Below are positions 26,901 through 35,591 of a stretch of 52,872 nucleotides of DNA, one piece after another. Every line of letters begins with the position of its first letter. The first letter of the stretch is position 1. The notes beneath the pieces are model-generated. The model did not search any database. It saw nothing but the letters and a program-made list of their open reading frames with translations, and had not been told where the DNA came from. The stretch covers positions 1-52,872 of the forward strand of contig CAYZLL010000003.1 in the NCBI GenBank assembly GCA_964479225.1, in the 5' to 3' direction. Origin of the DNA: an uncultured Smithella sp. Its GTDB lineage: Bacteria; Desulfobacterota; Syntrophia; Syntrophales; Smithellaceae. Position numbers and translations under genes: made by a program.

Positions 26901-28556
26901 ATGTCCAACCGGCCGGTGAATAACCGTTCCATCAAGATTCCCCGGGGAAGAACTCTGCTGCAGGACCCGGCTTTAAATAAAGGAACTGTTTTTAACGAAG
27001 AAGAACGGGAAGCTCTCGGCTTGACAGGATTGCTTCCTCCTCGTGTTTTCTCCCCTGCGGACAGAACTCAGCATATTATCAGCAATGTCCGGCGTAAAAC
27101 ATCCGACCTGGAGAAATATCTTTATCTGACCGGTGTGCAAAATAGAAACGAAAATCTCTTCTATCGCGTTCTGATTGATCACATGCCGGAGCTGATGCCC
27201 ATTATTTATACACCAACGGTCGGGCAGGCCTGTCAGGAATACAGCAAAATATTCAGTGAATCACGCGGTATTTTCATCACAAAAAAGGATCGCGGCCGCA
27301 TAAAAAAGGTATTAAAAAACTGGCCGCATAAAAATGTTCACGTTATTGTCGTCACGGATGGTGAACGAATCCTGGGGCTGGGAGATCTCGGCACCAACGG
27401 GATGGGTATTCCCATCGGCAAATTATCGCTTTACACCGCGTGTGCCGGCATTGACCCGAAATGCTGCCTGCCCATCACCATTGATGTCGGAACAAACAAT
27501 CAGGACCTCCTAAACTCTCCCGACTATATCGGCCTGCCGGAAAATCGTTTGCGGGGAAATGAATACGATGCTTTGATCGACGAATTCATGGCCGCGGCGT
27601 CCAGGGCTTTCCCCGGTGTGATGATTCAAATGGAGGACTTCGGCAACGTCAACGCTTTCCGTCTTCTGGAAAAGTATCGTGACAAATACTGCATGTTTAA
27701 CGATGACATTCAGGGAACGGCATCGGTGGCGCTGGCCGGTCTGTATTCCGCCCTGCGGATAACCGGTGGAAAAATTTCACAACAGCGACTGCTTTTCCAA
27801 GGCGCGGGAGAAGCGGCCATCGGTATCGGTAACCTTGTTTCGTCGGCCATGATGGAAGAAGGATTGTCTTTGTCCGAAGCGCACGCCAATTGCTGGTTCG
27901 TGGATTCCAAAGGTCTGGTCGTGAAAAGCCGCACCGATTTAGTGGAACACAAAAAACCTTACGCGCATGATTTTCACTTTCATCAAAACCTCTTCTCCGC
28001 TGTGGAAGCCCTGAAACCAACGGCAATCATTGGCGTATCCGGCCAACCCGGAACCTTTACGCAGGAAATCATCCAAGCGATGGGGAGGATAAACGAACGA
28101 CCGATCATTTTCGCACTTTCCAACCCGACCTCTAAAGCTGAATGTACCGCTGAAGAAGCGTATCGCCACACGGGAGGGCGTGCTATTTTTGCCAGCGGCA
28201 GTCCCTTCCCGTCATTCAAAATGGGCGAACGCATCTTTGTTCCGGGACAGGCCAACAACGCCTACATTTTCCCCGGTGTCGGACTAGGCGTAATCGCCTC
28301 GAAAGCCTTCCGGGTCACGGATGAAATGTTTACCGCTGCCGCCAAATCGCTGGTAAAACAGGTGACGGCGGAAGATTTAAAAACGGGATGTCTTTTCCCT
28401 TCACTGACACGGATTCGCGAGGTATCGGCCAACATTGCTCTGGCAGTTGCAGAAATAGTTTTTGACAGGGGGCTTACGCAGATGCCGAAACCTGCTGACC
28501 TCACGAGCCATGTAAAATTAAGTATGTATGAACCCGCTTTTAAAGAATATCTCTAA
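26901..28556 (+). CDS. maeA: NAD(P)-dependent malic enzyme
   Basis: The malic enzyme N-terminal domain (PIIYTPTVGQAC, VVTDGERILGLGDLG) and NAD-binding domain (FQGAGEAAIGIG, FALSNPT) are present. The protein is 551 aa. Confidence 0.9.
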   Translation: MSNRPVNNRSIKIPRGRTLLQDPALNKGTVFNEEEREALGLTGLLPPRVFSPADRTQHIISNVRRKTSDLEKYLYLTGVQNRNENLFYRVLIDHMPELMPIIYTPTVGQACQEYSKIFSESRGIFITKKDRGRIKKVLKNWPHKNVHVIVVTDGERILGLGDLGTNGMGIPIGKLSLYTACAGIDPKCCLPITIDVGTNNQDLLNSPDYIGLPENRLRGNEYDALIDEFMAAASRAFPGVMIQMEDFGNVNAFRLLEKYRDKYCMFNDDIQGTASVALAGLYSALRITGGKISQQRLLFQGAGEAAIGIGNLVSSAMMEEGLSLSEAHANCWFVDSKGLVVKSRTDLVEHKKPYAHDFHFHQNLFSAVEALKPTAIIGVSGQPGTFTQEIIQAMGRINERPIIFALSNPTSKAECTAEEAYRHTGGRAIFASGSPFPSFKMGERIFVPGQANNAYIFPGVGLGVIASKAFRVTDEMFTAAAKSLVKQVTAEDLKTGCLFPSLTRIREVSANIALAVAEIVFDRGLTQMPKPADLTSHVKLSMYEPAFKEYL

Positions 28557-28639
28557 AAGTAAGACAGATTCACCTGTTCATTTTTAAGCTTCATTCCAGT
28601 ATAAATTTACTTCTCTAAAGTTTTGCAATCAACATTTCA

Positions 28640-28668
28640 TTGACATACAAAACCGAGTTTCTTATAGT
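28640..28668 (+). promoter_or_regulatory. Sigma70-type promoter (TTGACA-17-TATAGT) of the PAS/sigma54-activator gene
   Basis: The -35 is at 28640..28645 and the -10 at 28663..28668. The 23-mer caacatttcattgacatacaaaa is identical to the one at 35503..35525. Confidence 0.55.
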
Positions 28669-28731
28669 TAATGCACAATGCCCTATGGTTGAAAAGAAAA
28701 ACGAAACGCTGCTTTTCCAAAAGAGGAAGGA

Positions 28732-31700
28732 ATGAAAGCGAATAAAAACACAACCGTATCCACGAATGCCGCCGGTCGGAATAACCTGTCTGAGACAAGA
28801 CGAAGCGAAGATGAAGAAAAATGGCGCACCATTCTGGAAAATATTGAAGATTGTTATTACGAAACAGACCTGTCAGGCAAATTCACTTTTTTCAACGATG
28901 CATTGTGCCGCCTTCACGGCCGTTCCAGAGACGAGATGATGGGGCTCGACTACCGGCAATATACGGATGAAGAGACCGCGAAAAAACTTGTCGAAGCCTA
29001 TACTAATATTTATCAAACAGGAAAACCGGATAAAGGCTTCGGTTGGTGGGCAACAACAAAGGACGGGAGCAAAAGATATCTGGAAATATCCGCGTCGTTA
29101 CGAAAAGATTCATCAGGCAAACCCATAGGGTTTCAGGGATTTGTCCGTGACATCACCGAACGCAAACAAATGGAAGAGTCTTTGCGCCTGAGTGAGGAAA
29201 AATACCGGACCATTCTGGAAAACATCGAGGATGGTTATTTCGAAGTGGATCTTGCCGGTAACTTCACATTTTTCAACAATTCGCTTTGTAAAATTTCCGG
29301 ATACGCCAAAGAAAAATTGCTGGGCATGAATAACCGGCAACTGATCGATGATGATACTGCAAAAGCAGTTTATGCCATGTTCAATAAAGTTTACCGGACA
29401 GGAGAACCTTCCAAAGGATTTGACTGGCAGATGACAAGAATGGACGGCGCTACAAGATACGTTGAAGCATCTGCATCGTTACGGAAAGATTCAGCGGGGC
29501 AACCCATTGGGTTTAGAGGCATCATTCGCGATATCACCGAACGCAAGAAAGTTGAAGAGCGGTACCGTATCCTGGCCGACAATATAACAGAGCATGTATG
29601 GCTAAGAGACATACATTCCTTGAAAATAATCTATATCAGTCCGTCGGTCGAAAAAATGTATGGATATTCTTTGGCTGAAATCAGAAATCTTCCTTTGAAA
29701 CAGCTTCTTACAGATGAATCTTTTCAGAAATTGAAGGATACATTTATAACAGAAATGCCCAAAGCCCTGGCAACATTGCCGCCTGCCGTCCATAAATATT
29801 CATTCGAAGCACAGGCGCGTCACAAGGACGGTCATCTGTTGTGGATGGAGAATACCATAAGTTTCATACGGGATAAAAACGGCAAACTTTCATTATTGCT
29901 GGGTGAAACCAGGGACACTACCGAACGCAAGCAGGCTCAAGAGGCACTGGAGAAAAGCGAAGCCCAGTATCGATTGCTTGCCGACCATATGAAAGATCAG
30001 GTCTGGTTGATGGATTTGAATTCAAAAGTATCTTATGTAAGCCCGTCGGTAGAAAAATTGATGGGATATACTTTTGAAGAAATCAAAAACATTCCTATGG
30101 AAAAGCTACTCACGGCGGAATCGTTCCAGAAATCAATGGATTTCTTTTCCAGGGAGATGCCTGTCGCCCTGGCCGCGCCTGCCGACTACGTTTTAAACCG
30201 CTCAGTGGAACTTGAATTTTGCTGTAAAGACAGTCGAACGGTGTGGGGAGAAATCAAGTTCAGTTTCATCAGAGATCAAAACGGGAAACCTGTTTCCATT
30301 TTAGGTGAAAGCAGAGAGATTACCGAACGCAAACAAATGGAAGACGCTCTGAAAAAAAGTGAAGTGCGTTATCGCAGTGTTTTTGAAAATGCCAACCTTC
30401 CCCTCGTCATTATTGAAGATTCCCTGCTGGTCTCCATGGTCAATGAGCGGTTTGCCGAAATGTCCGGCTACGCGAAAGAAGAGATCGAAGGACAAATGAA
30501 ATTCACGGAATTTATCATCTCCGGAGATCGCAATGCGCTGATGGCCTGCTTCTCCCGTCGCAAGGGAGACAAACCCGTCGAATATGAATGTCAGATAGCC
30601 CATCGCAATGGAAAAACGTTTTATGTTCTCATTCGCATCGGACGCATTCCTGATGCCGGTCAATTTATAGCCTCCTTTACAGATATTACCGCCCGGAAAC
30701 AGGCGGAAGTTGCCCTGTTGGAAAGCCGGGAAAATCTGGAAAAAGAAAACATCCGCCTGCGTTCGTCCATCCGGGAACGCTACCGGTTTTGTGACATCAT
30801 CGGCAAGAGTCCGGTTATGCAGGAGGTTTATGAATTTATTCTTCAGGCAGCGGCGACTCAGGCCAATGTCATCATTTACGGAGAATCGGGAACGGGAAAG
30901 GAACTGGTGGCCAAGGCAATCCACGAGACGAGCGAAAGAAGCCAGAAAGGCTTTGTGACCGTCCATTGCGGGGCCATTCCGGAAACGCTTATGGAAAGCG
31001 AATTTTTCGGTTACAAAAAAGGGGCATTTACCGGCGCCAATGCCGATAAGCGGGGTTATCTCGCTGAAGCCGATGGCGGAACCTTGTTTCTCGACGAAGT
31101 CGGAGAAATCGTTCTGAATATGCAGGTCAAGCTTCTGCGAGCCATTTCCGGCGACGGCTACACGCCTGTGGGCAGCAACATTGTCCACAATCCGAATGTC
31201 CGGATTATTGCGGCCACAAACCGCAATCTGCGCGATCTGGTCAATCGGGGTGCAATGCGTGAAGACTTCTTTTACCGGATTCACATCCTGCCCATTTATC
31301 TTCCACCGCTCAGGGAAAGAAAAGAAGATCTGCCGCTTCTGGTTGATCACTTCCTTCAGTTATACGATAAAAAACATCCCCCACTGCCCGCTCACGTACT
31401 GGAAGCCCTGCTGAACTATGACTGGCCGGGAAATGTAAGAGAATTGCAAAATGTCATCCACCGCTACCTGACGCTGAAGAGACTTGATTTCGTGGGGATG
31501 CCGGTCAACAGACAGGCCCGTCCGGAAGCAACAGTTTCGAAAGAGGAAAATTCATTCACTGAAGGTTTTGCCGCAATTCCATTGCATCACGGCCAGGAAA
31601 AAGCTGCGCAGAATGATGTTGTCATGATGAAGAAAGAATCCGCGATAACTCTGGAGGCCAATGAAAAAGAACTTATTATGAGGACTTTGGCGGAACATGA

Positions 31701-31791
31701 CTGGCATCGCCGCCAAACCGCCGAGGCTCTGGGAATCGACCGCAAGACCCTTTTCCGGAAAATGCAAAAATTCGGCCTGAATAATTCATAA
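28732..31791 (+). CDS. Sigma54-dependent transcriptional activator with five N-terminal PAS domains (no receiver domain)
   Basis: There are five PAS units, each ending in (R/T)(D/E)ITERKQ-type linkers. The AAA+ sigma54-interaction domain has GESGTGKELVA, the GAFTGA loop, and the R-finger region. A C-terminal Fis-type HTH (QTAEALGIDRKTLFRKM) follows. Confidence 0.9.
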   Translation: MKANKNTTVSTNAAGRNNLSETRRSEDEEKWRTILENIEDCYYETDLSGKFTFFNDALCRLHGRSRDEMMGLDYRQYTDEETAKKLVEAYTNIYQTGKPDKGFGWWATTKDGSKRYLEISASLRKDSSGKPIGFQGFVRDITERKQMEESLRLSEEKYRTILENIEDGYFEVDLAGNFTFFNNSLCKISGYAKEKLLGMNNRQLIDDDTAKAVYAMFNKVYRTGEPSKGFDWQMTRMDGATRYVEASASLRKDSAGQPIGFRGIIRDITERKKVEERYRILADNITEHVWLRDIHSLKIIYISPSVEKMYGYSLAEIRNLPLKQLLTDESFQKLKDTFITEMPKALATLPPAVHKYSFEAQARHKDGHLLWMENTISFIRDKNGKLSLLLGETRDTTERKQAQEALEKSEAQYRLLADHMKDQVWLMDLNSKVSYVSPSVEKLMGYTFEEIKNIPMEKLLTAESFQKSMDFFSREMPVALAAPADYVLNRSVELEFCCKDSRTVWGEIKFSFIRDQNGKPVSILGESREITERKQMEDALKKSEVRYRSVFENANLPLVIIEDSLLVSMVNERFAEMSGYAKEEIEGQMKFTEFIISGDRNALMACFSRRKGDKPVEYECQIAHRNGKTFYVLIRIGRIPDAGQFIASFTDITARKQAEVALLESRENLEKENIRLRSSIRERYRFCDIIGKSPVMQEVYEFILQAAATQANVIIYGESGTGKELVAKAIHETSERSQKGFVTVHCGAIPETLMESEFFGYKKGAFTGANADKRGYLAEADGGTLFLDEVGEIVLNMQVKLLRAISGDGYTPVGSNIVHNPNVRIIAATNRNLRDLVNRGAMREDFFYRIHILPIYLPPLRERKEDLPLLVDHFLQLYDKKHPPLPAHVLEALLNYDWPGNVRELQNVIHRYLTLKRLDFVGMPVNRQARPEATVSKEENSFTEGFAAIPLHHGQEKAAQNDVVMMKKESAITLEANEKELIMRTLAEHDWHRRQTAEALGIDRKTLFRKMQKFGLNNS

Positions 31792-31797
31792 TTGAAC

Positions 31798-31826
31798 CAC
31801 AATGCCCCATAAAAAGAGGCATTGTG
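31798..31826. promoter_or_regulatory. Inverted repeat CACAATGCC-N11-GGCATTGTG, a candidate upstream activator site
   Basis: Perfect 9-bp arms lie ~150 bp upstream of the sigma54 -24 element. The same GCACAATGCC decamer occurs at 28673..28682, next to the activator's own promoter. Confidence 0.45.
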
Positions 31827-31961
31827 CCCCAATAAATATTCTATGCATTGAATAACCGGGGCATATAGTCCCTCACCACGCAATACCGCTGCTTATCTTT
31901 AATATTTTATTTCTTCTTCATTATCAGGAACTTAGAACTATTTTAAGCGATAAATAAAAAC

Positions 31962-31977
31962 TGGCACCATTAATGCT
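31962..31977 (+). promoter_or_regulatory. Sigma54 (-24/-12) promoter TGGCAC-CATTA-ATGCT
   Basis: GG (31963-64) and GC (31975-76) are separated by exactly 10 nt, and TGGCAC is a perfect -24 box. It lies ~45 nt upstream of the lipase ATG and immediately downstream of a sigma54 activator gene. Confidence 0.7.
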
Positions 31978-32022
31978 TTTTAGTTAGCAGAACATTAAAT
32001 ACATTATTTCTTGGAGGCGATA

Positions 32023-32913
32023 ATGAAAAAAGCATTAATTGGTATCATGGTTCTTTTGTTTGCTTTACCCATGGTTTCTATGGCGGCCACCACAAAGTGC
32101 GCAACGAAGTATCCGATTGTTCTTGCTCACGGCGCGGGATTTGAGTCAAACGTTCTCGGCATTATTGATTACTGGGGTAAAATTCCCGCCGCAATGAGAG
32201 ATAATGGCGCGAAGGTTTTTATTACCAATGTAAGCGCTTTGCACTCCAAGGCCTATAAAGCCGCCCAATGGAAGCCACAGTTTCTCGAGGTGCTGGCGGT
32301 GACCGGCGCTTCCAAAGTGAATGTTATCGGTCACTCTGACGGGTGCCTTTATACAAGATATGCCATTTCTAATCTGGGCCTGGCCTCAAAGGTGGCCAGT
32401 CACACCAGCATGGCGGGACCGCATCGCGGCAGTGTCCTTGCGGATATGATTATGGGAATTGGTGACGCCACCAAATTGACCAACGTGGTTGCCCCGATGA
32501 TTAGCGGGGTGATTTCTTTGATTAACGGCGGTGATTCTGAAGATGCTGCCGCCAACGGCTATGAATTAACGCGTCCGTATATGATAGATGTATTTAATCC
32601 CAATACCCCCGATATGTCCGGTATCTATTATCAAAGTTATACCGGCAAAGTAACCAATGCTCTGGGTGGCGGTCTCATGCTGGCAACCTGGGCGTTGATG
32701 AAACCCTACGAGGGTGACAACGACGGCATGGTATCCGTTACTTCGGCCAAATGGGGAAATTTCAGGGGTGTCTTTGACGGCGGCTTCTGGTCAGGGCTTG
32801 GCGGTGTCAATCATTTCGCCGAAGTCGGTGCACTGGTAATCGTGACACCCGGCTATGATGCGCCGACCGTGTTTGTCAATATCGCCGCTGACCTGAAAAA
32901 CAGAGGATTCTAA
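32023..32913 (+). CDS. lipA: Secreted triacylglycerol lipase, bacterial family I (Pseudomonas/Burkholderia type)
   Basis: The ATG at 32023 follows GGAGG. The signal peptide is MKKALIGIMVLLFALPMVSMA. The oxyanion block is YPIVLAHG, the nucleophile elbow VIGHSDG, the catalytic Asp block DNDGMVS and the His block VNHFAEV. Confidence 0.85.
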   Translation: MKKALIGIMVLLFALPMVSMAATTKCATKYPIVLAHGAGFESNVLGIIDYWGKIPAAMRDNGAKVFITNVSALHSKAYKAAQWKPQFLEVLAVTGASKVNVIGHSDGCLYTRYAISNLGLASKVASHTSMAGPHRGSVLADMIMGIGDATKLTNVVAPMISGVISLINGGDSEDAAANGYELTRPYMIDVFNPNTPDMSGIYYQSYTGKVTNALGGGLMLATWALMKPYEGDNDGMVSVTSAKWGNFRGVFDGGFWSGLGGVNHFAEVGALVIVTPGYDAPTVFVNIAADLKNRGF

Positions 32914-32955
32914 AACTATAACAACGTAGATTTTTTCAAGAAGAAAATATAAAAG

Positions 32956-33006
32956 CATGGTGATTCATTCCTGAAAGTGATAGGAAAGTCTCACCATGTT
33001 TTTTTC
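32956..33006 (+). terminator. Intercistronic hairpin plus T-tract between lipase and foldase (partial terminator/attenuator)
   Basis: CATGGTGA (32956..32963) pairs with TCACCATG (32991..32998). The loop has an internal TTCC/GGAA pairing, and the hairpin is followed by T8. Confidence 0.55.
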
Positions 33007-33050
33007 AACCTATTGCTAAGTTTAAATATTGTAAAGGGTTACGGGATAAG

Positions 33051-34061
33051 ATGAAAAGCAAAAAGTTTATGATTGGTTTGGGAGCAATTATTGTAACGCT
33101 GATTGCAATCGTGGCCGGTTATTTTATTTTTTCAGAACAAAATGAAGATATTCCTATCAACATTATCAGCAAGGATAACAAAATAACGTACAAAGACATG
33201 AAGGAATATTTCAGCAACAATCAGTTTATGTCCGGGACGGAAGATCCGAACAAGTATTTTTCACAGGGAATTGTCAATCCCAATACCGTAAAATTTTTCA
33301 AATATTTACAGATGCACATCAAGGCAAACAATCTTGAGGATCATTTAAAGGCAGTTGAAAAATATCTGCATTCAATCATGGAATCGGCGAAGGCCGGCGA
33401 AATGTTCGCGCTTTACAAAAAGTTCTGCAATTATGAGATAGAATTGTTAGATAAGGTTCAAAAGTGGCCGCATCCCAAAAATCCAGACGAACTCATCCGG
33501 TATTTACAGGATGTTCATGAATATCGCAGGAGTGTCTTTGGCGCGGAAGCAGCCGATGCCATGTGGGGCTTAGAAGTAAAAGGGCAGGAATATAATATCA
33601 GAAAAGGAGCCATCCTGCATGATGCGAACCTTTACGGAGTGGAGAAAGAAAAAAAACTTAGTTTGTTGAAGGATGAAATGTGGGGAACAGGACCCGAAAA
33701 TATTGAAGGACCTCCGCAGACGGATCCTGAAAAATATACAAGTTATCAGGAAAAGCAGGCTATTTATCAAAAGGATTTGCAGGAATTGCCGGAAAATCAA
33801 CGTTTGGAAAAAATAAAGGAATTCCGTAAGGATTATTTTTCATCTGACCAAATCGCCCGGCTGGAACAGGTTGACGCAGAACTGGAAACGGACAGAAAAA
33901 AAGAATCCGATTACTACGCCCAGGAAAAAGAAATTATGAATAACCCCGCCATTACCGATGAAAATAAAGTAGAGGCGATACGAGAACTACAGAACAGTAC
34001 CTTCGGCGAAGAAGCCGAAGCATTCCGGAGAAGGTTGAACATTCAAAAAAATACAAAATAA
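33051..34061 (+). CDS. lif: Lipase-specific foldase (Lif / lipase chaperone family)
   Basis: It has an N-terminal membrane anchor (FMIGLGAIIVTLIAIVAGYFIF), is a ~336-aa helical protein, and its gene sits directly after a family-I lipase gene. The C-terminal region (RLEKIKEFRKDYFSSDQIARLEQVD...EAIRELQNSTFGEEAEAFRRR) resembles Lif repeats. Confidence 0.7.
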   Translation: MKSKKFMIGLGAIIVTLIAIVAGYFIFSEQNEDIPINIISKDNKITYKDMKEYFSNNQFMSGTEDPNKYFSQGIVNPNTVKFFKYLQMHIKANNLEDHLKAVEKYLHSIMESAKAGEMFALYKKFCNYEIELLDKVQKWPHPKNPDELIRYLQDVHEYRRSVFGAEAADAMWGLEVKGQEYNIRKGAILHDANLYGVEKEKKLSLLKDEMWGTGPENIEGPPQTDPEKYTSYQEKQAIYQKDLQELPENQRLEKIKEFRKDYFSSDQIARLEQVDAELETDRKKESDYYAQEKEIMNNPAITDENKVEAIRELQNSTFGEEAEAFRRRLNIQKNTK

Positions 34062-34166
34062 AAACCACGAAAAACCAAAAATTACAGATTTTTCAAAGGA
34101 CGGATGTCGCAATGTGCCTTCAGTACGGTCATTGGTGCCGCACCCCACATCTTGTGCCCAAAATAT

Positions 34167-34231
34167 TCTTGACACACAAGTGTACGTTTCTTATACTTCA
34201 ATCCACTAAAAGCAAGTTCTTATCAATCAAT
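34167..34231 (+). promoter_or_regulatory. Orphan copy of a 65-nt promoter+leader cassette (TTGACA-17-TATACT plus a conserved 24-nt leader)
   Basis: The -35 is at 34169..34174 and the -10 at 34192..34197. It matches 35044..35108 at 52 of 65 nt without gaps, and the last 24 nt (aaaagcaagttcttatcaatcaat) are identical. No ORF follows it. Confidence 0.55.
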
Positions 34232-34318
34232 TTATCAATTATAATTCAATAAAAAGCATAGCGCGCTGAACTTATTTTTCAAAACCTTCCCCTAATCTTT
34301 CGCGTTGCCTAAACTTTC

Positions 34319-34825
34319 TTACTGCTTTATAAATTTAGAGCCGTTGGCAAATATCTCCAGAGAATTAATGTCATTGAGCTTTAATGGCATATAACCATTG
34401 TCGACCCAGGGAATTTTCCCATCCGATGGAGATAAGCGTATTTCTACAACGCGGCCGTCTTTTATGTTATAGGTGCCAATCACGTCCGCGTTATACAGTT
34501 TCGCCATACACGCGACGCCTTCTGTGGGGGGATCGATTGTCTGCTCTGATTTTGCCGTGTAATGCACCGAATTGTTAGCGATAAATGACAGCTTAAACGT
34601 ATGTGTAGTCGTGCAAGTTAACTCCTGACTTAGATTTTTTGTTTTTCCAGTATCACTTTGCGTCAAAACATAGTCTCCCGACAAACTGGTAATGGCTTCG
34701 GGAGCTAACGGCGCTGCGGCAGTTTGCGTTGCGGGAGAAGCCGAAGCATTAGACTTAGCATCTTTTTCAGATGAGCACGCGACGATCAAAGATAACATCA
34801 GACACAAGCATAATAATTTTCTCAT
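34319..34825 (-). CDS. Hypothetical lipoprotein
   Basis: The ATG at 34825 follows AAGGAGGAATACCC. The lipobox is MRKLLCLCLMLSLIVAC|SS. A low-complexity Ala/Ser/Thr linker is followed by a beta-rich domain. Confidence 0.7.
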   Translation of the reverse strand: MRKLLCLCLMLSLIVACSSEKDAKSNASASPATQTAAAPLAPEAITSLSGDYVLTQSDTGKTKNLSQELTCTTTHTFKLSFIANNSVHYTAKSEQTIDPPTEGVACMAKLYNADVIGTYNIKDGRVVEIRLSPSDGKIPWVDNGYMPLKLNDINSLEIFANGSKFIKQ

Positions 34826-35043
34826 GGGTATTCCTCCTTTATATGGATCACGGCCGCCTCTGACAGCAAATAACGGGCTCGCTGATCGGTTGATATCAAT
34901 TGGCAAGAACTTCATTTAGCTGAAGGCAGTATAAGGAGCGCGCTCTTCTGTGTCAAGCAGAACAGAGAGCTGATCGGGACGCTGGTAAAAAAGTAAATAA
35001 GTAGGCAAAGGAAATGAGGGACAGCACCCAATAAAAGAGAAAC

Positions 35044-35108
35044 TCTTGACACATGAGAGAACGTTTCTTATGCTGCCGGTAATGAAAAGCAAGTTCTTAT
35101 CAATCAAT
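35044..35108 (+). promoter_or_regulatory. Promoter+leader cassette (TTGACA-17-TATGCT) driving the 109-aa ORF
   Basis: The -35 is at 35046..35051 and the -10 at 35069..35074. The leader ends in GGAG 6 nt before the ATG at 35118. It is a paralogue of 34167..34231. Confidence 0.55.
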
Positions 35109-35117
35109 GGAGTAAGT

Positions 35118-35447
35118 ATGCGGAGGATGTTGCAATGGCTGGTGCCCGCGATTCTGTGGTCGGCCGACGCTTATAAATTCTCCTCCAAACTGGCCCTCCA
35201 GAGCCGTTCGGGCATCGTGGTCATCCGGGTCTGCGATACTCCGTATGGGACGGACAAGACCTGGCGCGGCAATCGCGGCAAGGATGTCATCCTGATGGAG
35301 ATGATACGCGGCCTCCTGGCGACCAAAGGTATTAGCATCGATGGGTATCACCCCCTGACGGATATGCCCGTGGTCCTCAAGGGAATCGAAGAACCGGCGG
35401 CTCAATTCACCCTTGATAAAAAAGGATTCCGATTTCTTTGTAATTAA
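35118..35447 (+). CDS. Hypothetical 109-aa protein (visibly more GC-rich than its flanks)
   Basis: A promoter and RBS lie upstream, and codon third positions are G/C-rich. I preferred it over the antisense ORF 35100..35462. I recognise no family. Confidence 0.5.
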   Translation: MRRMLQWLVPAILWSADAYKFSSKLALQSRSGIVVIRVCDTPYGTDKTWRGNRGKDVILMEMIRGLLATKGISIDGYHPLTDMPVVLKGIEEPAAQFTLDKKGFRFLCN

Positions 35448-35511
35448 TTCAACTATTTTCACTCATTCGGAAACTTTCACACAAATATCTTATCTATTGA
35501 GCAACATTTCA

Positions 35512-35540
35512 TTGACATACAAAATGGTTCTCCTTATAGT
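35512..35540 (+). promoter_or_regulatory. Sigma70-type promoter (TTGACA-17-TATAGT) of the DUF1846 gene
   Basis: The -35 is at 35512..35517 and the -10 at 35535..35540. It shares an identical 23-mer with the promoter at 28640. Confidence 0.55.
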
Positions 35541-35591
35541 CCCCCAAAACGTGCTGACCTGATGATCATAATTCTGCGGAGGTGATTTGCA

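Noticed and set aside
30301-31350. A 349-aa minus-strand ORF inside the sigma54 activator gene.
   Set aside because: It lies opposite the AAA+ domain, whose motifs (GESGTGKE, GAFTGA) are unambiguous on the plus strand. It has no recognisable features of its own.
35100-35462. A 120-aa minus-strand ORF overlapping the 109-aa plus-strand ORF.
   Set aside because: The plus-strand frame has a consensus promoter, a GGAG RBS and G/C-biased third positions. The minus frame has no start context. Neither has recognisable homology, so confidence stays moderate.
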